DNA of 62,568 nt, counting the filler, from Piptocephalis cylindrospora (taxonomy: Eukaryota), in the NCBI GenBank assembly GCA_003614145.1. It is 14 parts of 14 records of this genome, joined end to end, with 100 filler letters (N's around TTAATTAATTAA, not from the genome) between each part and the next. Parts side by side here need not be neighbours in the genome. Positions count along the whole stretch, not along the records: positions 1 to 4,439 come from KZ988523.1; positions 4,540 to 8,958 come from KZ988525.1; positions 9,059 to 13,477 come from KZ988526.1; 11 more parts are not named here. One strand, written 5' to 3'. Under the pieces are notes generated by a model that saw only the letters and a list, made by a program, of their open reading frames with translations, had not been told where the DNA came from and ran no database searches. The stretch's first letter is position 1. Each line of letters starts with the position of its first letter. The position numbers and the translations under genes are program-made. This document shows positions 1 to 10,953 of this stretch, one piece after another.

Positions 1-23
1 GGGGAGGGGCGGGGTAAGGGCGT

Positions 24-68
24 GGGATGGGATGGGATGGGATGGGATGGGATGGGATGGGATGGGAT
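24..68. repeat. (GGGAT)n pentanucleotide microsatellite inside FOL1 intron
   Basis: About 9 tandem GGGAT units seen directly. Confidence 0.9.
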
Positions 69-99
69 GAAGGGATGGAGATAAAAAGAAACCACTTAC

Positions 100-1345
100 T
101 CGCACAGAGGTCGAAGAACAAATTCACGTTCGGGGATACCCGAATGGGGGATGGTGAGGTGGGGGGGGTCTCCATGACAAGGTCTTGATAGATAAGGATG
201 TCAAGATCGATGGGACGAGGGCCCTTGGGGATGTAGGAAGAAGGATTAGCGGATTGGGAGGCAGTGGGGGAGGACCGACCCATGCTAGACTCGATGCTCT
301 TGAGAGCAGTAAGAAGATCCTGGGGGGAAAGGGATGTACGGATGTGGCAGACGGCATTAAAGAACTTTGGCTGGTCAACAACGTACATGGGCTCGGTTAG
401 GTAGAGGAAGCTGGTGTCGATGACGTGGATGGAGTCTGGGTTCTGAAGGCTGGACATGGCCTGGAGAGCCAGGGACAAGTTTTTGGCGGGATCTTCGCCA
501 ATGTTGGCACCCATGCCGATGTAGGCCTCGATGTGAGGGGGACCGCTCCCGGGGGAGGAAAGGGAATTTCGGGGAAGGGCCATGTCGGGATTGGACAGGG
601 CGTCGGGGACGGAAGTGTGTCGGGAGATCTGAACACCAGCGCCCTGGGCAAAGGGGAGGGCCCTGGGCTTCTCGACCCGGACTGTGGCATGCTCTATGGG
701 GCCGAGATCCGGGGAGCCCGAGAGGAGAAGGGAGGTGAGGGAGGAGGCCAGGGCCTCGACGGTTCTGTACCCGCTGGCCTCGGCCCATTCCAGGACCTGA
801 TGGGAAATACGGGAGAGGGGGAGGAGATGGGGCTGAAGGGTCAAAGTCAGGTGGACATCCTGCTTCCGTTCCCGTTCCCATGGATGGATACCCACGATGG
901 TGCGGACACGGAGGCCACGAAGGAAGCTGGAGGCAGATTCAATGACGGACCCATCTGAAGCATCCCATGTGACGCATGATCCAAGGGATTGAACCTCCAG
1001 GGCACCGTTCTCTGCCTCGAGCTCTACACGGACACGTAAGCCGCCAAAGTGGCTGGAAAGATGGGAGGCGGTGTGAGCAGCGGCTTGGCCGGTTGAGTCC
1101 CATGGCTGACCCTCTCCGCGGGTTTCCAGAGCACGTAGGGCCTCCTTGGCGGCTGCAGAGTAGGAGAGGGAGTGGGTGAGGTTGTCGGTCTGACCACTTT
1201 GGTCCAGGGGCAGCCAAACCCATAGGGACACCTGACCCGGCTGGGTCTTTGCCCTGCCCCACGCGTCCTCCCGAAGGGTGATACGGATGGCGAGGTTTCG
1301 TACGAGGATATGGTCTTGGTCGTCGTTGTTGGAGGAAGCTGACAT
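100..1345 (-). CDS. FOL1: Folic acid synthesis protein (DHNA-DHNA-HPPK; the DHPS part would lie beyond the window start), first exon, with an apparent frameshift at G8 161-168
   Basis: Translated by hand from ATG 1345; absent from the ORF track because the frame has no stop before the window edge. Two dihydroneopterin aldolase repeats (DHILVRNLAIRITLREDAWGRAKTQP; TIVGIHPWERERKQDVHL...YRTVEALA...VRVEKPRALPFA), then HPPK motifs AYIGMGANIG, YLTEPMYVVDQPKFFNAV and GPRPIDLDIL. LTIPH..ERxFVLRPL lies in another frame. GTAAGT donor at 99. Confidence 0.92.
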
Positions 1346-2300
1346 GGTGGAGGGGGAGGGGAGAGAGAGGGAGAGGGAGGAGAGGATATACTTGAGACGC
1401 CGATGAACGCGTCTTCCCTTCTTTTCCTCTGTGTGGGGTCGTGATGGGGCAGAGGGAGGGGGTTTTTGCTTGAATTAGTGTCGAATTTAGTGGCTACTTT
1501 TCGACATGGGCAGCAGTAGGACAAAAAGATGCACGCACACGGGGGTTGTTTGTGGGTGTGGGTGTGTGATCAAGAGAGAGTGAGAGAGAGCTTGACGGGG
1601 GATGCGCGCTAAGATGACGCGTCGACTACGTGTCAGGGATATGGGAGCTCCCTCCCCCCTGCCCTGTCGACCTGCATCTGCAGGGTCCATTCAGGATGGC
1701 ATTTCTTTGATATGGACCCTATCAATGAGGATGCCGCCAATCTGCTGTTGCCTTTTTCTCTTTCTGATTCCATCTCTACATGTAGATAGAGGACCATGGA
1801 TGGAGCAAGATCTTGAGTGATCCAAGACGAATGAGAAGGGCGCGTTGGGAGGAAAAACAAAGACAGTTCCTGGGGAAAGGGACTCACTCTCAAACAACAC
1901 CTCCTCCCGCCCTATATCCCATCCGGGCTCATCCATCAGCCCATGAAGGTTGTGAGAATGGAGAACCACACCAATGACCGAGGGTCTGTGACCTCCATGC
2001 ACACACACGGGGCCTCTCTCCCCGGTCCGACTTGCTTCCCCCCACATTCACAGATGCGGGATAGAGCGCGCAAAGCGAATGCAATGACAGAAAAGGCAAT
2101 GTGTAAAGACGTGGTGTTGTTGTTATGAATTATACCACCATTCTTTTTCTTATATCATGGGAAAAGGAGTATAGAGTTTGTGTCACTGCAATTCTTTTTT
2201 TTTTTCCAAGTCGGTCGTCGAGCCAGGGAACACATCACGGTGAAACCCTCCCTACTCCTACTCACACAGACGTGTCCCCGTCCCTTATCTCCCTCTCTCT

Positions 2301-2346
<46 letters not shown>
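2301..2346. repeat. Compound (TA)n(CA)n microsatellite
   Basis: Seen directly. Confidence 0.9.
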
Positions 2347-2347
<1 letters not shown>

Positions 2348-3149
2348 CGCACGCTCCGTAGGAGCCTAAAAGAGGACACACAGCGAGGTACTGTACAAGT
2401 GTGATGCACGCACACAAGTCGCAGGCACGTCCTCGTCCCCCCGCCTCAGCTTTAGCAATCAATGGAGAGAGGTGGCATGATGTGTCTCCCTCCCCCTCCC
2501 ATATCTAGGTTCTAGGCGCCCTCCTCTCCCTCCTCCTCCCCCCTCATATCATCTCCTCATGCACACTCAGTCTGAATGGTGGATGTGTGAGGAGAGGCCC
2601 TATTCTCGGAGTATGGAAGGAGGAAGGGACGGGGTAAAGGGGACTGGGAGATCCCCTTCTCTCTGCAAAGCACTGCCGCGCAGGGCCCCCCACACATCTA
2701 CACACTCACAGTGCCTTTCCAACCCCCTCGCCCACCCCAATCCATCTACCCACCCACCCACGGTCAAACATCTACCCCGCCTCATGCCCCTCAATTGCGC
2801 CCCATCATGGAGGATTTACTCTACCTGCTACCCCCCACACAAAGTAGCACATCCCTCTTCATTTAAAGCCAAGGGATAAAGTGAGAGAAAGGGTCCGATA
2901 TACCCCGTTCCTTTTTTTCCCTTACACTCTCCCTTCCCTTCTTCCCCGCTCGCTCTCTCTTTCTCTCTCCCGCTCTCCTCCGTACCCTATCTCCTTACTC
3001 TCCCTCCCTTGCCTCTTGCTTACAGGCACACGGGATATCGCTTACTCTTTCTCTTTCTTTCTCTCTTTCTCTCTCTCCTACTTCTACTCCCACCCCCCTT
3101 CCTCCTCCATCCTATCTCATCCCTCCCTCCCTCCTCCATCCCATACATC

Positions 3150-4316
3150 ATGCCCCCTAGTCAAAGACCACAGAAAAGCCACTTTCGACAGGCCTCGGCC
3201 CACCTCCACATTGCCGCAAAACATGCTGGACTGGCCCTGTCCGGAGGGACCTCCGACGAACTGTACTCGGCCCTGACCTCGACCCAATCCGAGGTCCTGG
3301 CCGCCACAGGCTCCCTGACCAAAGCCGCCCTGGATGCCGGGGAGACGGTGAGACGAAGAGTGGGCCAGGAGCAGGAGAGGATGTACGCTGCCGTGGCCCA
3401 CTACAAGGGCCGGGCCCTGGCCGTGTGCGCCGACACCGCCGAGAGCGCCTGTGAACTCTACCTCCAGGCCCTCGAGGCCGGCAGTCGGAGACTCCTGCAC
3501 TTTGAGGAACTTCCCGTGGAATGGCAGGAGAATGAGCACATCCTCACCGGATACCGCTTCCTCTCCTCCTACACCCAGTGTCTTCACTCCATCTTCCAGG
3601 TCCACAACGAGACCGGCAACATCTGGACCCATCTCCTGGGCGCCCTCTTCTTCCTCGGACTCGCCATCTACCATCACCGTCACCTCCTCCCCTCCCTGGA
3701 TGCCTCCTTGCTCGACCACACCATCTTCCTCATCTTCTTTGCCGCCGTCGCCAAATGCCTCATCTGCTCCGTCATGTACCACACCTTCACCTGCCACACC
3801 CATCTGCCCACCATGAAGTGTGCCGCCACCCTCGACTACATGGGCATCTCCCTTCTCATCACCGCCTCCATCCTCGTCGTCGAGTACTACGGCTTCTACT
3901 GTCAGGACGGTCCCAGGAACGCTTACATGCTCGCCACCGCAGGCATGGGCATTGCCGGTGTCATCCTCCCCTGGTTCCCTTGGTTCGATGAACGCGAATA
4001 CCGTGGTGTCCGCATCTCCGTCTTCCTTCTCATGGGCGCCGCCGGCATCTTCCCCATCCTCCATGCTGGTCTGGCCCGTGGTCTCTTCCCCACCCTCCAC
4101 TTCCTCTACCCCCTGATCTTCTCCGTCCTCGCCTATGTGGCCGGCGTCTACTTTTTCGTCCAAAAGTTCCCTGAACGCAAGTTCCCCGGCTGGTTCGATC
4201 ATCTCGGCAACAGTCATCAGCTTTGGCACATCTTTGTCGTCGCCGGCATCTGGGGCCACTACGTGGCCTCAAAGCACTTTTTCGCCCATCGCTTCACCTA
4301 TGGCTGTTTGGCTTAG
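3150..4316 (+). CDS. PAQR / hemolysin-III family membrane protein (IZH/ADIPOR-like)
   Basis: Motifs ENEHILTGYR, HNETGNIWTH, YHTF..H, LDYMGI, PERKFPGWFD and SHQLWH; about 7 hydrophobic segments; first ATG at 3150. Confidence 0.93.
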   Translation: MPPSQRPQKSHFRQASAHLHIAAKHAGLALSGGTSDELYSALTSTQSEVLAATGSLTKAALDAGETVRRRVGQEQERMYAAVAHYKGRALAVCADTAESACELYLQALEAGSRRLLHFEELPVEWQENEHILTGYRFLSSYTQCLHSIFQVHNETGNIWTHLLGALFFLGLAIYHHRHLLPSLDASLLDHTIFLIFFAAVAKCLICSVMYHTFTCHTHLPTMKCAATLDYMGISLLITASILVVEYYGFYCQDGPRNAYMLATAGMGIAGVILPWFPWFDEREYRGVRISVFLLMGAAGIFPILHAGLARGLFPTLHFLYPLIFSVLAYVAGVYFFVQKFPERKFPGWFDHLGNSHQLWHIFVVAGIWGHYVASKHFFAHRFTYGCLA

Positions 4317-4439
4317 AGAGGAGAGGATCGAGGGGAGGCGCTTTCCATCCTGTGCTGTGTCCACACGAGAGAGACAGCTCAGCTCCTCAATCTCCTCCCT
4401 CTACCCTGTAGAGCTAGCTCCTCCTCTGTGTCTTCTTTG

Positions 4440-4539
4440 NNNNNNNNNNNNNNNNNNNNNNNNNNNNNNNNNNNNNNNNNNNNTTAATTAATTAANNNNN
4501 NNNNNNNNNNNNNNNNNNNNNNNNNNNNNNNNNNNNNNN
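4440..4539. other. Artificial contig linker
   Basis: N44-TTAATTAATTAA-N44 (stops in all six frames). Confidence 0.97.
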
Positions 4540-4820
4540 CCGGTCATGTTCGTATGTAGCTTCGACTAGGAACGACGCAACTCCGCAGGTACGGTACCAC
4601 TCGCCTTTCTCCCCTTCGGCTGTCCCTCAAGGCCATCCCTGCTACCTCCCATCCCCCTCGGCCCCTCCTTCTGCCTCTTGGAGATCCACCGCCCCTATTT
4701 TATTTTTTCCCCCCCCCTCTCACCGCCAGTGCCCAGAGGGGTTTAGAAGAGCCGCCCTCCCCCCCCCCCCCCCACACCCCCCCCCCCCCCCCCCTTCCCT
4801 CCCTCTCATTTCCCTCTTAC

Positions 4821-5386
4821 CTTTGGCACCCATCGGGAGTGGGCAGTACGTGTGATATAGATCAGTAATCGACAGGGATGTCTCAGGAAACCTTCCCCAA
4901 TGAGACGAGCCCGCTCTTTGATGTACGCAACATGCATCTAGTAAAGCATTGTGGAGGAGCATGAATACTTCATACTCCTTTCCCCCCAGAACAAGACAGA
5001 GCGCTTCGCCTACTTACCTCAATGGAGCCTTGGCGATGAAAACCGTAATAGGCATGGATGACTAAATCCCAGTGTTCGCCCTCAGGAAGCGAAAAGGCCC
5101 GATCTATTTTTCCAGTATCTGGGTCTATCATATGGGGAAGAGATGCTGGTTGAAGATGATGCCAGTAGAATGTCACATGGCCCCAGAACTTACGTGAGCT
5201 GCCAATATCCATATGGTAAAACTCGAGGTGGTTGAACTGAGACCTTTCCCAAGTTTGGAAAAAGGCCACTTCAGGGACTTGTCGATCCACGACCCGAATC
5301 CGCCCATATTCTTCTCCCTGTAGGGCATGCAAGGCAACGGCCCTACCAAAAGGTTCCACTCCACCAAAGACTAGGAGGTTTTTCAT
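4821..5386 (-). CDS. NAD(P)-binding Rossmann-fold / epimerase-like protein, exons 1-3 (5386-5194, 5124-5018, 4937-4821), 3' partial
   Basis: N-terminal LLVFGGVEPFGRAV...IRVVD Rossmann-like pattern; GTAAG donors and TAG acceptors keep the frame open. Confidence 0.6.
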
Positions 5387-6617
5387 TTACAAAGGAAAAA
5401 GTAGTCGGTGGTAAGGTGAGTAAAGGGAAAAGAGAGTGTGTGGAAGAGGGAAGGAATCGAATAAGGCAGAAGGGAAGAGGGATTGAATAAGAGAGGAAAG
5501 GGAAAAATATGGAATGGAAAGGAGGAGGAGGGCATTGGATCACAGGTTAGGTTTTAAAAAAGATCCATTTGATGGTAGGACCCTTACCTTGGGAATCAAT
5601 CTCATCCTAGTAAGTGCATGACTTTCCCTCCCCCCTCCCCTACCACACACCCAGTCGTCTTCAATCTAGCAATGTGAAGCGGAGTTTCAAACGGTGATTT
5701 TCAAATTGTGGGGACAGCCTATAACACCCAGAGACCAGTCGAATGAGGATGAGGCCTTAAGGAGGGGGAAAGATGGGCTAGCACGTGCATACACCCAATG
5801 AATACTTGGCTACTGTACCAGCCCTGAATGGAGCCCTGTCTTACGCGCCTTAATGGGGGAATGGATGATCCCTGGCTGTTCTGTCCCTGGACTTGGATGG
5901 CCATGGAAACCCGGCCGTTGTGTGAATATTTGTACTTGCGATTGGACCAGTAGGAATAGTGAGGGATGGGGCACAGTGGTTCTTTATCGCCATAGGCGTA
6001 GAAGATGGTGGTGTATGCTCCAAGAAGATGCCCTCTCGATCAAGACACGTCCTCTTTGCGATGCGGGACATTCCATGTCATGCTGCTGAGGGACATCTTG
6101 CCTGGTGAACAGTCTGCTGTATCTGGATCTTGCTTTTAACAATAATATCCCATATCTATCTTTTTCAAGGGGTGAGTGTGCTGAAGGGGCTGGTGCTTAC
6201 GACAAGGCTGTCCTCAATCTGTCGAAATACAAGGACAGCGGTGCCAGTACCTCTTATGTGCTCGCAACGTGATTGTCTTTATATCGTGTCATTGCTCTGA
6301 TGAATGCAAGTTACAGGTCTTCTCGGAGGTACATACATTTGAATTGTTACTGGTGTACCCATTTAGAAGATGTGGCTCTAGGAACCCTGGGGACTTATTC
6401 CCTCCCCCATGCTTTGCAGACAGTCATACCTAGCTCAGCTGGCCTGGAAGCCTTTTGGCATGGGGTGGACACATCATGCATTCAAAGAAAATACATCCTA
6501 GTATGCACATGCTCCCTCTAGCGCTAACATCAAAGGGGACTTGTGCATTCTTGAGGGCTCCTCCCCCCCACCCCCCCATCACATCTCTCCTTTCTCCTCC
6601 ATACCCTCCCTTCTACC

Positions 6618-7092
6618 ATGAGCCAACCCCCCTCTACTTTGCAAGAGCCAAGGCGCCTCTCGGGTCAACTCCAGAATCAAGGACCTGACCCGGATACCTA
6701 TCGACTGTTGGCAACGTTGGAGGTGGATGCCCGAGCCCTATCGGCCAGACTGGATGCCCTCCTCCATCAGTTGCAGAATGAATTGAGCGACGTAAGCTGG
6801 AACTCGGGGGAGGGAGACTTCTTTCCTGTGAAACTACCCACCCTGATTCATCTACCTCCCCCCGACCCTTCTCTAGTCGAGTGACAGTACCCAGGAAAGT
6901 ATTGTCGTCTTTCACGATGTCGTCGAAGCGACCTGTGCCTCGGTGGATGCCATGGTGGAGCGGACAGGTGTACTGGTCGACCGGTGCGAGAAGCTGGATC
7001 GGTCCCTCAATTTGATACATCCACTCTCCCACCAAATCAAGGGGATCAAACAGGCGTTGGTTGCGCTAGAGGCCAAGGTGCAAGTCTCATGA
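6618..7092 (+). CDS. BLOC-1-related complex subunit 6-like coiled-coil protein (exons 6618-6791, 6877-7092)
   Basis: Phase-0 GTAAGC...CTAG intron gives 129 aa: LATLEVDARALSARLDALL...VDAMVERTGVLVDRCEKLDRSLNLIHPLSHQIKGIKQALVALE, which resembles the BORCS6 C-terminal domain. Confidence 0.7.
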
Positions 7093-7190
7093 TCGACCCG
7101 GACGGTGTATGTCTTGTTGGGTAAGTCAATGTGGCTTGGGAGGAGAGGCAGTGGGAAAGCCCCCTCCTTTCAACTCTGTCTTGTTGTGTG

Positions 7191-7193
7191 TCT

Positions 7194-7233
<40 letters not shown>
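7191..7233. repeat. (GT)n microsatellite
   Basis: Seen directly. Confidence 0.9.
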
Positions 7234-7235
<2 letters not shown>

Positions 7236-7666
7236 ATGGCCACACACCAGCAGATCCATTCCCACCCCACCAACTCTGGCCAGCTAAAGTATAAAAGAAG
7301 AATGCTCATATGCACAACAGTCTCTCATGACAGTGTATATCCGTCGTTTACCCGGAGATGACACCCCTTACAACTGCTGTGTCAAAATGACCCGTTGTTC
7401 CAGATGTGCAGGGATTTTTTCTGCATCATGAAATGCACAGTGAACCTTGAGGTGGTTTTCGTCCAACATATCAATACACGGCTTCTCCACTCCAATCCTT
7501 GACACGCGCTACTCTCGGCTCAGCAGGGGGATGAGAGAAGTTCCACCTTGGAAGGAAAAGGATCCCTTTTGCCTCTACTGTACCACCACCCAGTCCCAAC
7601 CGTCCCTCTTTTCCCTTGCCTTTACCCTCCCTCCACCCACCACCACCATCCTACATCTCCATCAGC

Positions 7667-8299
7667 ATGCTCTCCACTTGGTCCATCACCCGACCTTGGC
7701 TTCAGCGCGGTCTTGGCCATGCAGGCTTTATGATGAGGACAGGGAGGCCCTTCCTGACTCCAGCCGCACCCAGGCCCCTGTGGACCCTGGCACGACCTCG
7801 CTTTGCCTTGGCACCGCTCAAGTCGCGTATCCTCCCGCCTACCCGTCTCTCCTCTACCCAGACCCCCCCGCCACCAAAGGCCAAGGCCCCCACGGGCTTC
7901 CGTGCCCTTACCCTAAAGTATGGCAAGGCCGCCTTTGTGGTGTACATGGCCATCTCGACCGTGGATCTGTCCATCTGCTATGTGGCCGTGGCCGCTGGTG
8001 GGGGCGGCTTTGTTCGACAGCTCGAAACATTCCTCAAGGGCTATCTGGGAGACTGGGTCTCCTTTGGGAAGCGGGCAGAGATCAAGGAGGGTGAGTCGAG
8101 TTCCGGTACCGAGGACTCGGACGCCCTAAGTCCCATCGGCATCTTTGTCGTGGCTTATGCCATTCACAAGCTTTTGGCTCCCCTGCGTGTCGCCATCACC
8201 GCCGCCACCACCCCTGCCGCCGTGCGATGGGCCGTTGCCCGGGGCTGGATGAAGCCTTTGCCCAAGATTCGCTCTTCTCCTCCCTCCACCAAGCCCTAG
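7667..8299 (+). CDS. DUF1279/FAM210-family mitochondrial membrane protein
   Basis: Arg-rich presequence-like N-terminus; KYGKAAFVVYMAISTVDL and FVVAYAIHKLLAPLRVAITAATTP motifs. Confidence 0.85.
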   Translation: MLSTWSITRPWLQRGLGHAGFMMRTGRPFLTPAAPRPLWTLARPRFALAPLKSRILPPTRLSSTQTPPPPKAKAPTGFRALTLKYGKAAFVVYMAISTVDLSICYVAVAAGGGGFVRQLETFLKGYLGDWVSFGKRAEIKEGESSSGTEDSDALSPIGIFVVAYAIHKLLAPLRVAITAATTPAAVRWAVARGWMKPLPKIRSSPPSTKP

Positions 8300-8561
8300 A
8301 GAAATGCGCAAGGGTCCTGGCATAGTCCGTGTATTGGAGGGAGAGGGAAGGTGTGTGTGTGGTGTTGTTGTTTGAAAGCATGTGATCATGAAAACAGGAA
8401 CAGACAGATTCTTTTTGATGTGGCTGTTCGTATCCCAAAACATAATGATCAGATGTCAATGGTAACAGGTACGACGCGCCCATCCGTCTGCTACGCATCA
8501 AAGGCTGATCCACTTGCTTGCCCCTCCATCCTTTCCTTGATCCTCAACCCAGGTGATCATT

Positions 8562-8958
8562 CTACTCAAGTGCTCCCTTGTACACCATCAATTCATCCCG
8601 TATCCTCCCGTCCAAAAGACGCTTTTCCTCCTCGAGCTGTCCGGGAGTCTTGTCCTCCTCAACCACGGCAATGCCCGAGACACTCTTGATACGGTCAATG
8701 GCCTTGCCCCCGGGACGGACAATGTCCTCTTCCTCCATGGGTCGGACCTGCTCCCGAGCAATCGAGAGGGCTACATCGCCAATCGGGTCAATCCACCAGT
8801 GACCCACAAACCATCTCTGCAGCACCAGCGGTACCACCCACCAACCCGCCCGATGCACCAGGGGAAGGTATCCGAGGGGCACGGTGGTCCCTGGAGGGAT
8901 CTCGGGTGCTGCCATTAGGACCCGTTTCTTCTGCACCATCTTCCCTCACTCACCCTCC
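8562..8958 (-). CDS. Hypothetical protein, 3' portion (5' end probably off contig)
   Basis: Open charged frame running from near the contig edge; no family recognised. Confidence 0.35.
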
Positions 8959-9058
8959 NNNNNNNNNNNNNNNNNNNNNNNNNNNNNNNNNNNNNNNNNN
9001 NNTTAATTAATTAANNNNNNNNNNNNNNNNNNNNNNNNNNNNNNNNNNNNNNNNNNNN
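8959..9058. other. Artificial contig linker
   Basis: N44-TTAATTAATTAA-N44. Confidence 0.97.
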
Positions 9059-9605
9059 CTGATGTGTCCGCCCTAACCTACCTCCCCATTCGGGTGCGCC
9101 AAGGAGAGGAGGGATGTTCAGGTAGGACTGGGAGGTGGGAGCAGGGCCTACACAGACAGCTTCGTCCGCCAAACGGACATGAAGGCTATTGGCATCGGCC
9201 TCGGAATAAATGGCCACCGTTTGGATGCCCAGGCGTTTGGCCGTACGGATAACCCGACAGGCGATTTCCCCACGGTTTGCTATGAGAATTTTGTCAAATG
9301 GCTAGTGAGAATGAAGAGAGTAGGTTAGAGGAGGAGAGAGAGAAAGTGGATCATTGCAGTGAGGAGGGAAAGAAGCACACCTTTCCATCCTTGAGGGTGG
9401 AGCCAATGAGAGGAGGGACCGAGGAGGCTGCAGTGGGGATGGGGTGCTGGACTAGGGTGGCCAAGGACCTCTGGGGAAAGGGTCTAGCCCTGACTGGGGG
9501 GCAGGGTTGTCGAGCAGCCGTGGTGAGGAGTGGACGTGTAAGGGTTCGCATCGAGAGACCAGGAGTCCTCAGTAGCTTGGAAGCCGAGAGTAACGGGTGT
9601 CGCAT
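9059..9605 (-). CDS. PCCA: Propionyl-CoA carboxylase alpha subunit (biotin carboxylase), 5' part (exons 9605-9381, 9301-contig edge)
   Basis: Mitochondrial presequence, then [61 protein letters not shown], closer to PCCA than MCCA; adjacent to PCCB. Confidence 0.8.
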
Positions 9606-10953
9606 CGTGGTGATTGAGTCAAAGCAGGGGGGGTAAAGGAAGTGAAATGAGGCTTTACAAAGGGGACGAGGAGAAAGGAAAGCAAGAGAATTTGGATGAT
9701 GGGCAAACGAGAAAAAAGGATTGTTGGGGAAGGGAACGGCGGGGACCGGCAGGGTGTGCCTTGTCTTGTTTATATAGTCCTACCCTGGGAGAGTGGGTGG
9801 AGTGGGGAATTGAGCGCGTACTGCGAGGCCGTGATGGTTGGATTGCACGATGACACAGCTGGGGAATGTACGGATGGTTTTGTGTGTGTGTGTATGTGTG
9901 TGCGTGTGTGGGGTAAAGCAGGTCTAAGAGCAGGCATGTTCATCAGAAGACTGGACACTAGGACTACCCGGCCTTACCCTAGGCCGAACGAACCAGAAGC
10001 GGACCGGAGCGTGAATTGAGGGGAAGGACTGGACGGTAATGGGTACCCGAGCGGTCTAGGAGCGTGTGTGTGGGGTAGTGGTGTAGAGAGCGTGACGGAG
10101 CGTGAACAGCTTATATGCGAAGTGTGGGAATTTCAATGGGTAGGGGAATGACCCTCTGTTTTGGGCAGGGTGCTTAGTGACGACCTATCTACTGTACTAG
10201 CCATGATTTTCCATAGGGAAGGGTCGGCTCAAGGAAAAAATTAGGATGGTTAGTGGGTACCGGAACGAGAGAAACATGGGAGCCTTGGGAGATGAGCTCT
10301 TTCAGACTTATATCTTCTCCGTACCCCACAGACCCACGGTATACCAGACATGCCCTACCCAGATTCGATTGAATTGTCTTGACGACTTAACAAGGAAAAG
10401 CAGGCTAATTCGGATCACAGTGCCGGTTAGGCTCATTGAAAGAATAAGAGGAATGAGCCGGTGGGATAGGCCTGTGTTGCATCCTAGCCAAGGTGAGAAC
10501 GGACGTTTGGGGAACCGTGGGATTCTCGAGAGTTTCCCCACACCCAGCACGAACTCATATTGGCTGCATTGATGCACCACACACACATACTGAAGCTCGG
10601 TTCAAACGGAAGCGCCGGGACACATACACACATATGTGGGGATTGAGGCAGTAATGGCGGCGGTTACCCCGTTCCCGCGCCTCAATGCTTCCAAGGGCCA
10701 GATTGAGTTGGGAGGCGCCGACCCGCTTGACCGGGTCGTGGCCACCGCAGAGATGGAGGGAGAGGTGGGTGGCATATTTATACTCTGGAGATGCGCTCGC
10801 AACGGTTTGTCAGAAGGGCTGACCCTGTTCCTCAGCTCACTCTCTCCTTTCTCCCCACTCCTTCACATCCTCCTCGCTCTCCTCTTCCTCCTTGTTCCTG
10901 CACATCTTTCTCACAACCTCTCCTCTCACTGCACATTCCCATTCTCTGACTCT

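Noticed and set aside
3117..4259. Long antisense ORFs (also 14444-15346, 21629-22552, 24581-25453, 35247-35900, 50076-50804)
   Set aside because: Shadows of GC3-rich genes on the opposite strand, with no recognisable motifs
8490..8580. Possible frameshift extending the 8562-8939 ORF (KEHLSRMITWVEDQ...)
   Set aside because: No homolog known to me to judge it; speculative
9059..9112. PCCA similarity breaks after SYLNIP, suggesting a truncated gene
   Set aside because: Occurs in the last ~50 nt of a contig in an assembly with other chimeric joins; not evidence of pseudogenisation
10642..10686. ATTGAGGC/GCCTCAAT hairpin upstream of PCCB as a riboswitch
   Set aside because: Only an 8-bp stem; no TPP or cobalamin riboswitch consensus visible
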